IMG/VR virus record: IMGVR_UViG_3300047272_000336
Coordinates: 1 to 24,106 of that record
Reading direction: 5' to 3' (one strand)
DNA length: 24,106 nucleotides
Source: a virus
Lineage: Duplodnaviria; Caudoviricetes
The notes below the pieces were generated by a model. The model ran no database searches and was not told the origin of the DNA. It saw nothing but the letters and a program-made list of their open reading frames with translations. Positions 1 to 7,147 of this stretch are shown here, piece after piece; position 1 is the stretch's first letter, and every line of letters begins with the position of its first letter. The translations under genes and the position numbers were made by a program.

Positions 1-10
1 GGGTACTGCC

Positions 11-79
11 TTAAAGAAAAATGAGAATTGCAAGGGCGATCTGAATCACCAAGCCCTCGATGTCGTCTTGCCAGCTCAT
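11..79 (-). CDS. Putative 22-aa membrane peptide MSWQDDIEGLVIQIALAILIFL (not in ORF track)
   Basis: Translated by hand. Its ATG overlaps the TGA of the 76..516 gene (ATGA), a GAGGTG SD lies upstream, and the C-terminus is hydrophobic. Confidence 0.45.
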   Translation of the reverse strand: MSWQDDIEGLVIQIALAILIFL

Positions 80-516
80 GCGTTCACCTCGCCCTCAAAA
101 AACACACCAAAATTAGCCAAGAAGAAGTCACGCTTCTGACGCAGCTCTTCCAGCTCCAACTCTTTCTTGCTGAGCTCGCGGTCAAACTTTTGCAGGACGC
201 TGGCCTTGTTCACTTCAAGCGCGTTGTGGTCAAGGTCGGCCACCACTTCAAAGTCCACGGTGTCGGCATTAAACGACTTGAAATTCAAGCTCGCGCTTGA
301 ATAATCGTCTCCCAAGTAGGCGACAACGATGGTGGGCTTTGTAGGAAACGGCTCAAAGCCAACGATCACGCCTGGGTAGGTTGCCCAATCGTTGTATCGC
401 TTGACCAAGCATTTGACTCGGCTGCCGATGACAAGCTGATCGATGCGCTTGGCGTTACGAAGGTCAACTTCCAGCTTCACGCCGTTAACTTCAATAATGG
501 TTTTTTGTGCGTCCAT
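76..516 (-). CDS. Phage hypothetical protein (146 aa; beta-rich N-terminus, coiled-coil C-terminus)
   Basis: AAGGAG SD inside the end of the upstream gene, operonic spacing, protein-like composition. Confidence 0.85.
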   Translation of the reverse strand: MDAQKTIIEVNGVKLEVDLRNAKRIDQLVIGSRVKCLVKRYNDWATYPGVIVGFEPFPTKPTIVVAYLGDDYSSASLNFKSFNADTVDFEVVADLDHNALEVNKASVLQKFDRELSKKELELEELRQKRDFFLANFGVFFEGEVNA

Positions 517-519
517 GCG

Positions 520-906
520 TCACTCCTTGAATTCAATGGCGACGCCGGTCTTGGCGGGCGTGACGGTCACCGCAGCAGCGATGTCGGACCAGAGCTTTGG
601 CGCTTCATTGCGAATCGCCTTGAGCTTGGTTTCGTCGGCCTTGATTTCGGTCTTAATAGGGCGGGCATCAGCGGGCCAGCCTTGCGTGATCGCGGCCAGC
701 TTTTCGATGTCAACCTTGTAGGTGAGCTTGCCGGTCAGCTTGATCTTTACGCCGTTGGGCGTTTGGAATGTCTCGCTGCCTTCTTCTCGCGCTGGGTGCA
801 TCTTCAAGATTTCGTTCTCGAGGAAGATGCGCAGCTCTTTGGCTGCTTCTTCTTTTTGCTTTGCAATGCTCCATTGCTTAGCCAGATCGTCTAGGGCGTC
901 TGTCAT
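520..906 (-). CDS. Conserved phage early protein (128 aa; start reassigned to MTDALDD)
   Basis: CAGGAG SD precedes the ATG at 906, which overlaps the upstream stop (ATGA). Resembles small proteins found in phage recombination/replication clusters. Confidence 0.85.
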   Translation of the reverse strand: MTDALDDLAKQWSIAKQKEEAAKELRIFLENEILKMHPAREEGSETFQTPNGVKIKLTGKLTYKVDIEKLAAITQGWPADARPIKTEIKADETKLKAIRNEAPKLWSDIAAAVTVTPAKTGVAIEFKE

Positions 907-1184
907 TTGGTAACTCCTGTCGTGGGTCGTGGATTGTGATAATCGCAACGGTCTTTGCCGCCGTCGATCTGCGGGGATTGAACCTGCAACTCAATGAGCT
1001 TTTGCAGGTAGTGCTGCGCTTTACGCAGATCGTCCACGCCGCCTTTGTCGCGCCAGCGTGAGACATACTTGACGATGTTGCCCTCGAAATACCCGAGCTC
1101 ATTAGCTGCAATGAAGTCCCAGGGCTGAATCGTCTTGCCTTTGTAGTGGCTGCCGGCCACTTGAATCTTGTTTGCTTGTGACAT
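903..1184 (-). CDS. DUF3310-family protein (T7 gp1.7-related putative nucleotide kinase)
   Basis: Characteristic motifs QVAGSHYK, IQPWDFI, YFEGNIVKYVSRWRDKGGVDDLRKAQHYL. Start reassigned to MSQANK at 1184. Confidence 0.88.
   Translation of the reverse strand: MSQANKIQVAGSHYKGKTIQPWDFIAANELGYFEGNIVKYVSRWRDKGGVDDLRKAQHYLQKLIELQVQSPQIDGGKDRCDYHNPRPTTGVTK
933..949. promoter_or_regulatory. Operator-like 17-mer ATTGTGATAATCGCAAC
   Basis: Imperfect palindrome, 13/17 identical to each of the copies at 2448 and 1755. Confidence 0.5.
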
Positions 1185-1305
1185 AGGTTTCGATGGTGGT
1201 GAAACGGTGAAGGTTTGCGCACTCATAACGGCGTCTCGTAGTTCGATCTGGACGCGCTCGAGTTTCGAGGACGCTGGTCCAGGCTTGGCATGTAGGACAT
1301 AGCAT
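1102..1305 (-). CDS. NrdR-like zinc-ribbon protein
   Basis: MLCPTC...VLETR...TRRRYECANLHRFTTIE matches the N-terminal Zn-ribbon pattern of NrdR-type proteins. The ATP-cone domain is absent. Confidence 0.8.
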   Translation of the reverse strand: MLCPTCQAWTSVLETRARPDRTTRRRYECANLHRFTTIETYVTSKQDSSGRQPLQRQDDSALGLHCS

Positions 1306-1315
1306 GCTGCGTCGA

Positions 1316-1513
1316 TCATGCTGCGCGGGTGAGGATGGCAACCAGAAAACCAGCTGCAAACGCCAAAGTCACACCAACCCAAAAGTCGGCATCGACGCGA
1401 TGCTGCTCGGGCGTGAACGGTCCCTCGATGGACTCTTGTGCATGGAACGCGTCGCGCTCGGTGCGGTGAAACTTGCGGGTGGTGGGGTTGAGGTCTTTAA
1501 GCATTGTTTGCAT
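1316..1513 (-). CDS. Small protein with C-terminal transmembrane helix
   Basis: Hydrophobic segment FWVGVTLAFAAGFLVAIL; operonic position. Confidence 0.7.
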   Translation of the reverse strand: MQTMLKDLNPTTRKFHRTERDAFHAQESIEGPFTPEQHRVDADFWVGVTLAFAAGFLVAILTRAA

Positions 1514-1706
1514 CCTTGGTGTTGACTTGCATGCCTTTGGGCGCGTGCTGGTTGAAGATTTCGAAATCGGGGTCGAGCTCGGCGCGCATGTCAGCGAGCT
1601 TCATCCATTGCTCTTTGCCACGATTGAATGAGCGGTAGTCGTCGGCGTACATGTAGTACCAGTCGTGTGCCTTGAGGGCGGCAATGTATTTGTCCATCGT
1701 TGTCAT
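1497..1706 (-). CDS. Phage hypothetical protein (69 aa, LKAHDWYYMYADDY motif), first gene of the leftward operon
   Basis: AAGGAG SD upstream of the ATG at 1706. The HDWxYxYxDD pattern is recurrent in small phage proteins. Confidence 0.8.
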   Translation of the reverse strand: MTTMDKYIAALKAHDWYYMYADDYRSFNRGKEQWMKLADMRAELDPDFEIFNQHAPKGMQVNTKDANNA

Positions 1707-1741
1707 CGTTGTTGCTCCTTGTTTGCGTTGACGATGATGTG

Positions 1742-1770
1742 ATGTTACATCAACATTGAGAAAAGCCCAA
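1742..1770 (-). promoter_or_regulatory. Putative leftward sigma70-type promoter TTGGGC-N17-TAACAT
   Basis: The minus strand reads TTGGGC (1770-1765), 17 nt, TAACAT (1747-1742), upstream of the leftward operon. Confidence 0.45.
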
Positions 1771-1771
1771 C
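1755..1771. promoter_or_regulatory. Operator-like 17-mer ATTGAGAAAAGCCCAAC
   Basis: Same TTG-N9-CAA dyad as the other copies; overlaps the -35 box of the putative leftward promoter. Confidence 0.5.
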
Positions 1772-1818
1772 ACCTAACCCGATGATTTTGCTCGGGAATT
1801 TCCCTGCAAACACAAGTA

Positions 1819-2403
1819 TTACTGGGGCTTGATCCAGATGATGCGAGAGGCCCACGCGACCGAGCAGTCGGTGCGCAGCGACTCGTTGGTGCAGCAGCGA
1901 ATGAGATTGAAAGTGCCCGAGCGGTAGCCGCGCTGGACAAACGCGACCAAGTGCTCGCCATTCTCGAGCGCGACCACGCACATCGTGTTCATGTGGGCGC
2001 GTGGGTCATCTTCCGAGGGCGAGACAAAGTACATCCAGCCATCTTTTTGATTGCCTGGCGTGCGCATTTGCAGCGCGTAAGTGCCCTCGGGGCAGTCAGC
2101 AGGGCCCACCACCTTGTCGTGCGTGCGCTTGGGGAAGAGCGTGACAACGGCCTCTGCATCAATGTGCCCCGTCACTTTCACATGGCGCACATCATCACTC
2201 ACCGCGATGCCGGCCTGGCGTAGCACCTCGGTAGTCTTCACGCCCAAGATGATGCCCATCTGGTGCGCTTCTTCATTCGTCATGCGTCGCTGGCCACGCA
2301 GCATCAGCGATATGGCAGCAGGATCGAGCTCCATCAGCGCAGCCAACTTGCGCTGTGACAGCTTCTTTGACGCTAATACTTGACGAAACCACTCGGTATT
2401 CAT
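1819..2403 (-). CDS. CI-like repressor: XRE helix-turn-helix plus degenerate S24-like C-terminal domain
   Basis: HTH LSQRKLAALMELDPAAISLMLRGQR; divergent from a Cro-like gene. Start reassigned to MNTEWF (GAGG SD). Confidence 0.85.
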   Translation of the reverse strand: MNTEWFRQVLASKKLSQRKLAALMELDPAAISLMLRGQRRMTNEEAHQMGIILGVKTTEVLRQAGIAVSDDVRHVKVTGHIDAEAVVTLFPKRTHDKVVGPADCPEGTYALQMRTPGNQKDGWMYFVSPSEDDPRAHMNTMCVVALENGEHLVAFVQRGYRSGTFNLIRCCTNESLRTDCSVAWASRIIWIKPQ

Positions 2404-2447
2404 CGTTGCCTCGTTTGGGTCATCGCCAAGGCTGACATAAACTCTGC

Positions 2448-2464
2448 GTTGAGTCAATCGCAAC
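2448..2464. promoter_or_regulatory. Operator-like 17-mer GTTGAGTCAATCGCAAC
   Basis: Lies in the divergent repressor/Cro intergenic region; GTTG...CAAC dyad. Confidence 0.55.
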
Positions 2465-2482
2465 CCATTAGGAGAATCAAAC

Positions 2483-2725
2483 ATGACCATTCCAGTAGTT
2501 CACAAGCTCGAGCCGGCGTTCACGATCGTCGAGAAGCTCGGCGGTAAGAGTGCCGTCGCAGCCGAGCTTGGCCTTGACAAGTCCACGCTGTCGCGCTGGT
2601 GCAAGCCCGCGCCTGGCGGCACAAATGGACTCATCCCGCAGCGGTACTGGCCGCAGCTGATCGCGATGGCACGCAAACAAAATGTGACCATCAATGTGAT
2701 GGAGCTTGTCGCCGTCGAGGTGTGA
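2483..2725 (+). CDS. Cro-like HTH regulator
   Basis: IVEKLGGKSAVAAELGLDKSTLSRW...IPQRYW pattern; AGGAG SD; divergent from the repressor. Confidence 0.88.
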   Translation: MTIPVVHKLEPAFTIVEKLGGKSAVAAELGLDKSTLSRWCKPAPGGTNGLIPQRYWPQLIAMARKQNVTINVMELVAVEV

Positions 2726-2748
2726 GCATGGTCGTCGGAGCAAGCACG

Positions 2749-4854
2749 ATGACCAACAGCGACTTCCTCGCGGAAATTTACGGCCAGCTCGAGCCAGGCA
2801 CACACGGTTGGGTGTGCAGCTTCAGAGCTGACCCCAGCAACGCCCCATCCAGCGTGTGGACGGGCCGCGCCTACAAAGGCATGCCGCAGCAGGCGGCCTT
2901 GATTGATAGAGCTGAGCAAGACAACACCTATTTCTGTACATCGGTCCTGACCGCCACAGAGGACGGGGAAGTTGTTCGACGCAAAGACGCATTTGTGCGG
3001 CTCGCGGTGCTTGTCTTGGATGATGTACAGCTCAGCGATGTGACTGGGTTTAGCTACGCAATCCAAACCAGTCCAGGCAAATTCCAAATAGGTATTTTTC
3101 TTGATGGGGAAGATACCGATGCCGGAAATAGGCAGCTTGTTGACCGCGTAATGAGCGCTTTGGCGGCTCGTGGCCGGTCGAACGACGCCTCGGGCAACGC
3201 ATGCGTCCGATATGTGAGACTGCCGATCGGGTCCAACACCAAGCCACGCGCTGCCGGCATGTGGTCGGTGAAGCTGGAAGTGTGGCAACCCAATGTGCGG
3301 TGGTCGTTGGAAGACGCTTGTGCCGCCGTGGGTATTGACCTCGACAGCCTGCGCATCGCCGCTCAGCTGCCAAAAACCTCATCTACATCAACGGGTCAGC
3401 AAAACCATGCCGGCGAAATGATCGCGGGCCTGACTGATCCAAACCCAGGCGCTCGCGTCTACCACGACAGCATCACGCGCTTGGCCGCGTCGCTCGTTTC
3501 GGGCGGCATGTTCCCTGGTGCTGCCGTGGACTTCTTGTATTCCCTGATGGACCAAGTGCGGCCAGGCGACCCCGAGGAGCTCGCACGCTGGCGCTCACGC
3601 CGTGAAGAAATCCCACGCGCTGTGAAGTCAGCCGAGAAGTTCGCGCCCGAGGAGCGCAAGCCACCCACCATCAACATCAACCTGGGCACAGGCTCACCAG
3701 ATGAGCCACCACCAGAGCCAAAGGCCGGCGAACTTGAGCCCATGGACTGGGGCGCGCTCAACAACACGCACCCCGAGCCAACCAACTGGCGGTATGAGGG
3801 CTGGCTGCCCGAAGGCACGGTGACTTTGCTCAGCGCCAACGGTGGTGTGGGCAAGTCAAACCTGTCGTTGCAGCTGGGCGTTGCCCTGGCTCACGGCATG
3901 AGCCTGTTCGACATTGCGACCAAACCCTCGAAGGTGCTGATCCTCTCAGGCGAAGACGAAGCGCGCACCGTGCACTTTCGCGTGGCCAACATCTGCGCAG
4001 ACCTCGGTGTGCCCATGTCCTCATTGGCCGATCGCCTGGTGGTCTATGACCTCACCCAAGCCGACTGCGTGCTGTGGAAAGACGGCACAGTCACCGAGCG
4101 CATGCAATGGCTTGCAGACACCACGGTGCGACTCAAAGCCGAGGTGCTGATCATCGACAACGCGTCCGATGTGTTTGCCGACAACGAGAACGATCGCACC
4201 GCCGTGCGTGGGTTCATGCGCTCGCTCAACCTGATTGCCCATGTCACACGCGCAGCTGTGCTGCTGCTGGCGCATGTGGACAAGGCCAGCGTGCGCGGTG
4301 GGGCAGGGCTTGACAGCAACACCACATTCTCAGGGTCCACAGCGTGGAACAACAGCGCTCGATCACGCTGGGCCATGGTGCGTGACGCTGACACCGTGGT
4401 GCTCAGACATGAGAAGTGCAACCTCGGGCCGCTCCAAGAAGAGATGCGCATCGAGTTCGATCAGGGCTCCAAGACATTCAAGCGCTTTGGGTCTGTGCCA
4501 GGCAATCAGCTCGCGAAGACGGTGATGCGAAATACACACCGCGCTGCGATTCTCAAACTGATTGGCGAGTCGGTCAAAGCCGGCGTCAATCTGTCGATGC
4601 GGGCCAATGTGCCTTCATCAAACATCTGGAACCTGCTCAAAGACGATCCCGACTTCCCGCGCCTCGAGCGCAGAGATTTCTTTGGGATGCTGCGCGAGCT
4701 CCAACGCGAGCGCTTGATCGAGGAGCAGGACTACCGAAAAGCCAACAGGACAACAGGCCAGCGCGTCGTGCTCACCAGCGCAGGCGAGGCCCGTGTGGCA
4801 GTTGGATCAGGGGCAGCGCCTACATGGGCACAACGCGAGGAGCAAGACCAATGA
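2749..4854 (+). CDS. Replication protein: RepB-type primase domain fused to AAA_25/RepA-like helicase
   Basis: N-terminal VLVLDDV, IQTSPGKFQ and VRYVRLPIGSNTK motifs. Walker A ANGGVGKS, Walker B VLIIDN, LLAH and SGSTAWNNSAR. GGAG SD before the ATG at 2749 (2728 is an alternative start). Confidence 0.88.
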   Translation: MTNSDFLAEIYGQLEPGTHGWVCSFRADPSNAPSSVWTGRAYKGMPQQAALIDRAEQDNTYFCTSVLTATEDGEVVRRKDAFVRLAVLVLDDVQLSDVTGFSYAIQTSPGKFQIGIFLDGEDTDAGNRQLVDRVMSALAARGRSNDASGNACVRYVRLPIGSNTKPRAAGMWSVKLEVWQPNVRWSLEDACAAVGIDLDSLRIAAQLPKTSSTSTGQQNHAGEMIAGLTDPNPGARVYHDSITRLAASLVSGGMFPGAAVDFLYSLMDQVRPGDPEELARWRSRREEIPRAVKSAEKFAPEERKPPTININLGTGSPDEPPPEPKAGELEPMDWGALNNTHPEPTNWRYEGWLPEGTVTLLSANGGVGKSNLSLQLGVALAHGMSLFDIATKPSKVLILSGEDEARTVHFRVANICADLGVPMSSLADRLVVYDLTQADCVLWKDGTVTERMQWLADTTVRLKAEVLIIDNASDVFADNENDRTAVRGFMRSLNLIAHVTRAAVLLLAHVDKASVRGGAGLDSNTTFSGSTAWNNSARSRWAMVRDADTVVLRHEKCNLGPLQEEMRIEFDQGSKTFKRFGSVPGNQLAKTVMRNTHRAAILKLIGESVKAGVNLSMRANVPSSNIWNLLKDDPDFPRLERRDFFGMLRELQRERLIEEQDYRKANRTTGQRVVLTSAGEARVAVGSGAAPTWAQREEQDQ

Positions 4855-5237
4855 GTATTGAAGCAACGCACATGGATTTAATTGTTGGCAACCTGATTCG
4901 TGAAGGCATCAACAAGCATCGAGCCAGAGAACTTGCAAGACATTTCATCAAACACATCAACACACGGCCAAAGGCAGAGAAGCAAGAGCCTGTGGCATAT
5001 GTCCACCGCAATGAATACAACGAGTATCGACTTGAGCCAACTGACAACTTCAAAATTGAAGACCTGCCCGTTGGTGTTGAGGTAATGCTTTACCGTCACC
5101 CAAAACCAAAGCGTGAGCCGCTGACGGATGAGCAGATAGCTGAATTTTTTGGGGCTAAGGCTGTTGATGAATCATTTGTTGATTTTGTCCGAGCAATCGA
5201 AGCCGCCCACGGCATTAAGGAGAAAAACAATGGATGA
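4851..5237 (+). CDS. Phage hypothetical protein (128 aa, AT-richer than its neighbours)
   Basis: ATGA overlap with the helicase stop; GAGGAG upstream; ends EPLTDEQI...RAIEAAHGI. Confidence 0.8.
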   Translation: MSIEATHMDLIVGNLIREGINKHRARELARHFIKHINTRPKAEKQEPVAYVHRNEYNEYRLEPTDNFKIEDLPVGVEVMLYRHPKPKREPLTDEQIAEFFGAKAVDESFVDFVRAIEAAHGIKEKNNG

Positions 5238-5445
5238 CATCGTGAGAACTTGGGAAGACGCTCAGCGAGAGGTGGCCACCGGCGTCACCACGCCCATGCA
5301 GGAGCACGCGGACAAGCTCCACACCATGGGCTGGAACGCGGCGCTCGAGTACGCGGCCATGCGGTTGGTCAATGAGCATGTGCATTCGTTTGGGCCCGAC
5401 ACCATGGCCAGCGTGGCTGCTTACATCAAGGGGATGCGCAAATGA
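5230..5445 (+). CDS. Phage hypothetical protein (71 aa, GWNAALE motif)
   Basis: AAGGAG SD before the ATG at 5230; overlaps both neighbours. Confidence 0.8.
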   Translation: MDDIVRTWEDAQREVATGVTTPMQEHADKLHTMGWNAALEYAAMRLVNEHVHSFGPDTMASVAAYIKGMRK

Positions 5446-5699
5446 CCTACTTCATCGCACAACCCTACAAGTGCATCAAGTGCGACCACGAATTCAAGTT
5501 CTCGCAAAGCGATGGCCACCCAGCACCAGTTCTCAGCGAGCAATACGAAACCGATCGCGGAACGGTGCAGCGCTACATGCCCGTGTGCCCTGCATGCTGG
5601 ACCAAGTTCTTGCAAGAAAACATTGGCCTTGGCTACTGCACCCAGAAGTGGCGGCCAGAGGGCAGCGACTACGACATGGCCAAGGAGAAGCAAGCATGA
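5442..5699 (+). CDS. Zn-ribbon protein (CIKC...CPAC)
   Basis: Two CxxC pairs; ATGA overlaps at both ends. Confidence 0.8.
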   Translation: MTYFIAQPYKCIKCDHEFKFSQSDGHPAPVLSEQYETDRGTVQRYMPVCPACWTKFLQENIGLGYCTQKWRPEGSDYDMAKEKQA

Positions 5700-5911
5700 C
5701 CGCGCCCCGACTGATCAGGCTTGTGCCAACAGGCGAGGTGTTCGACGGGGTTGACCTTGTGCTGCCCGAGGAGGTTGAACCGCTGAGTGAGGAGCAGATC
5801 GACAAGCTGTGGGATGAGCAGCATCTGACTGTGCAGCAGCGCCTCGCCCGTCGCGAGATGGTGCGCGCAGTTGAGCAAGCACACGGCATCGGCAGGAGGA
5901 TGGACGCATGA
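5696..5911 (+). CDS. Phage hypothetical protein (71 aa) sharing C-terminal motifs with 4851..5237
   Basis: AAGGAG SD; ATGA overlaps; EPLSEEQI...RAVEQAHGI. Confidence 0.78.
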   Translation: MTAPRLIRLVPTGEVFDGVDLVLPEEVEPLSEEQIDKLWDEQHLTVQQRLARREMVRAVEQAHGIGRRMDA

Positions 5912-6171
5912 CCAAATCAGATGGTGGCAAAGGCAGCGATCGACGCCCTGGCGTTGGTTATGGCGATGGCTGGGATCGAATCTTTGGGGGCAAAAAGGAG
6001 GAGCTGCACCGAAGTGCTCCGAACCTGCACCTTACTTGCTCCGAAGGTTCGGTGCGGTTGGGTGCAATGTGTGAGGAACCCCCCCAAGGGGGTTCTCACA
6101 TTGCAACCGCTTGTAAGACTAAGGTGCTCGAAAAGAGTGCACCGAACCCAGCTGCACCGAACCATAGATAG
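5908..6171 (+). CDS. Small phage protein (GKGSxRRP...WDRIFG motif); the C-terminal half runs through the repeat block
   Basis: AGGAGG SD and ATGA overlap. The N-terminal 30 aa match a recurrent small phage protein motif. Confidence 0.6.
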   Translation: MTKSDGGKGSDRRPGVGYGDGWDRIFGGKKEELHRSAPNLHLTCSEGSVRLGAMCEEPPQGGSHIATACKTKVLEKSAPNPAAPNHR

Positions 6172-6193
6172 AAGGGGGGTTCGGTGCGGTGCA
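6005..6193. repeat. Iteron-like TGC(A/T)CCGAAC repeats in both orientations around a long imperfect palindrome; candidate replication origin
   Basis: Direct copies at 6005, 6015, 6026, 6037, 6138, 6153; inverted copies at 6047, 6057, 6179; palindrome at 6054-6110. Confidence 0.75.
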
Positions 6194-6225
6194 GTTTAGA
6201 AAAATGAAACCATAGGAGGTTTGAA

Positions 6226-6405
6226 ATGGTGGATTGGGAAATGAAGGCCAGACATTTGAACGATAGCTTGAAGACGCTTGGCGCGATCGCCGCAGGAGCT
6301 GGATTGGTCAACATGTTCATCGGCGAGGGTGCGCTGTTTTGGTTGGGCGCTTGGTTGTTCGCCATCGGTGTGATTGTTTTGTGTGATGAGAGAATCGCGC
6401 CATGA
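6226..6405 (+). CDS. 59-aa protein with two hydrophobic segments (not in ORF track)
   Basis: Strong AGGAGGT SD at 6214-6220. Translates MVDWEMKARHLNDSLKTLGAIAAGAGLVNMFIGEGALFWLGAWLFAIGVIVLCDERIAP. Its stop overlaps the TerS start (ATGA). Confidence 0.78.
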   Translation: MVDWEMKARHLNDSLKTLGAIAAGAGLVNMFIGEGALFWLGAWLFAIGVIVLCDERIAP

Positions 6406-6959
6406 TGAAAACGCAACAAGATGAAGAACGAATGCTGCACGCGGCTGCGCTTCATGCCGCGTTTGCTGCTGCGGCTGAGTCACCGGTGAGTGAGCCGGAA
6501 AAAGCAGGGGGAAACGAGGAAACGGGGGCGCAGCCCCGCGCCGTGAGCCCGCTCACCGGTGCGCCCGTGCCCGCCGGCCGCCCGAAGGGGGTTCGGAACC
6601 GGCTGACCAACCTGCGCGACGCGGTGCTCGAGGCGTTCGACCAGGTCGGCGGCACGCAGTACTTGGCGCGGCTGGCCGAAGGCACGCAGAGCGATCGGGC
6701 CGCGTTCGTCAGCCTGGTGAGCAAGGTGCTGCCGAGTCAGATCAACGCCAATGTGGAGGGCGGCATTCAGGTGCAGCTTTCATGGCTTGGCCAGCGATCG
6801 ATTGGCACAACTACGGCACAAGAAGTCGAGGCAGTCACGCAAGTTGTTGATTTAGAACGGGATTCGGCAGGCAAGTACCGGATTAAAGATCAGGACACAC
6901 CATCGGATGCCGGCGGGGCGGCGGCAGGAGAGGGCCAGCAAGGGGCTAAAGGTGGGTGA
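6402..6959 (+). CDS. terS: Putative terminase small subunit
   Basis: GRPKGVRNRLT...AVLEAFDQVGGTQYL...AFVSLVSKVLP pattern; upstream of TerL. Confidence 0.72.
   Translation: MMKTQQDEERMLHAAALHAAFAAAAESPVSEPEKAGGNEETGAQPRAVSPLTGAPVPAGRPKGVRNRLTNLRDAVLEAFDQVGGTQYLARLAEGTQSDRAAFVSLVSKVLPSQINANVEGGIQVQLSWLGQRSIGTTTAQEVEAVTQVVDLERDSAGKYRIKDQDTPSDAGGAAAGEGQQGAKGG
6840..6852 (-). promoter_or_regulatory. IHF consensus site AATCAACAACTTG
   Basis: Exact match to WATCAANNNNTTR on the minus strand, in an AT-richer patch of terS. Confidence 0.5.
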
Positions 6960-7147
6960 GGCTACTACCCCACCAGCCACCCCGCGATCGCCTGCTGTGC
7001 GGCCTGCCAGCCCCGTGCGTGGGGCCGTGGCCGCGTGGCCGTGGCCTGACCCCCTACCCCCCGTCGAGGCGGGGGCGGGGGGCTCGCCCGAGCTGGGGCC
7101 CCCCTCCCACTTTCAGTACCAAAAAATCGAATGTTGAGTAAAACGCA

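Noticed and set aside
1778-1796. Terminator after the repressor gene (CCCGA...TCGGG)
   Set aside because: The stem is short and there is no convincing U-tract on the minus strand.
6005-6193. CRISPR array
   Set aside because: Units are about 10 bp, occur in both orientations and lack unique spacers; no cas genes are present.
6907-7141. ORFs 6907..7137 and 6956..7141
   Set aside because: Pro/Arg/Gly-rich low-complexity translations of a GC-run region; more likely non-coding.
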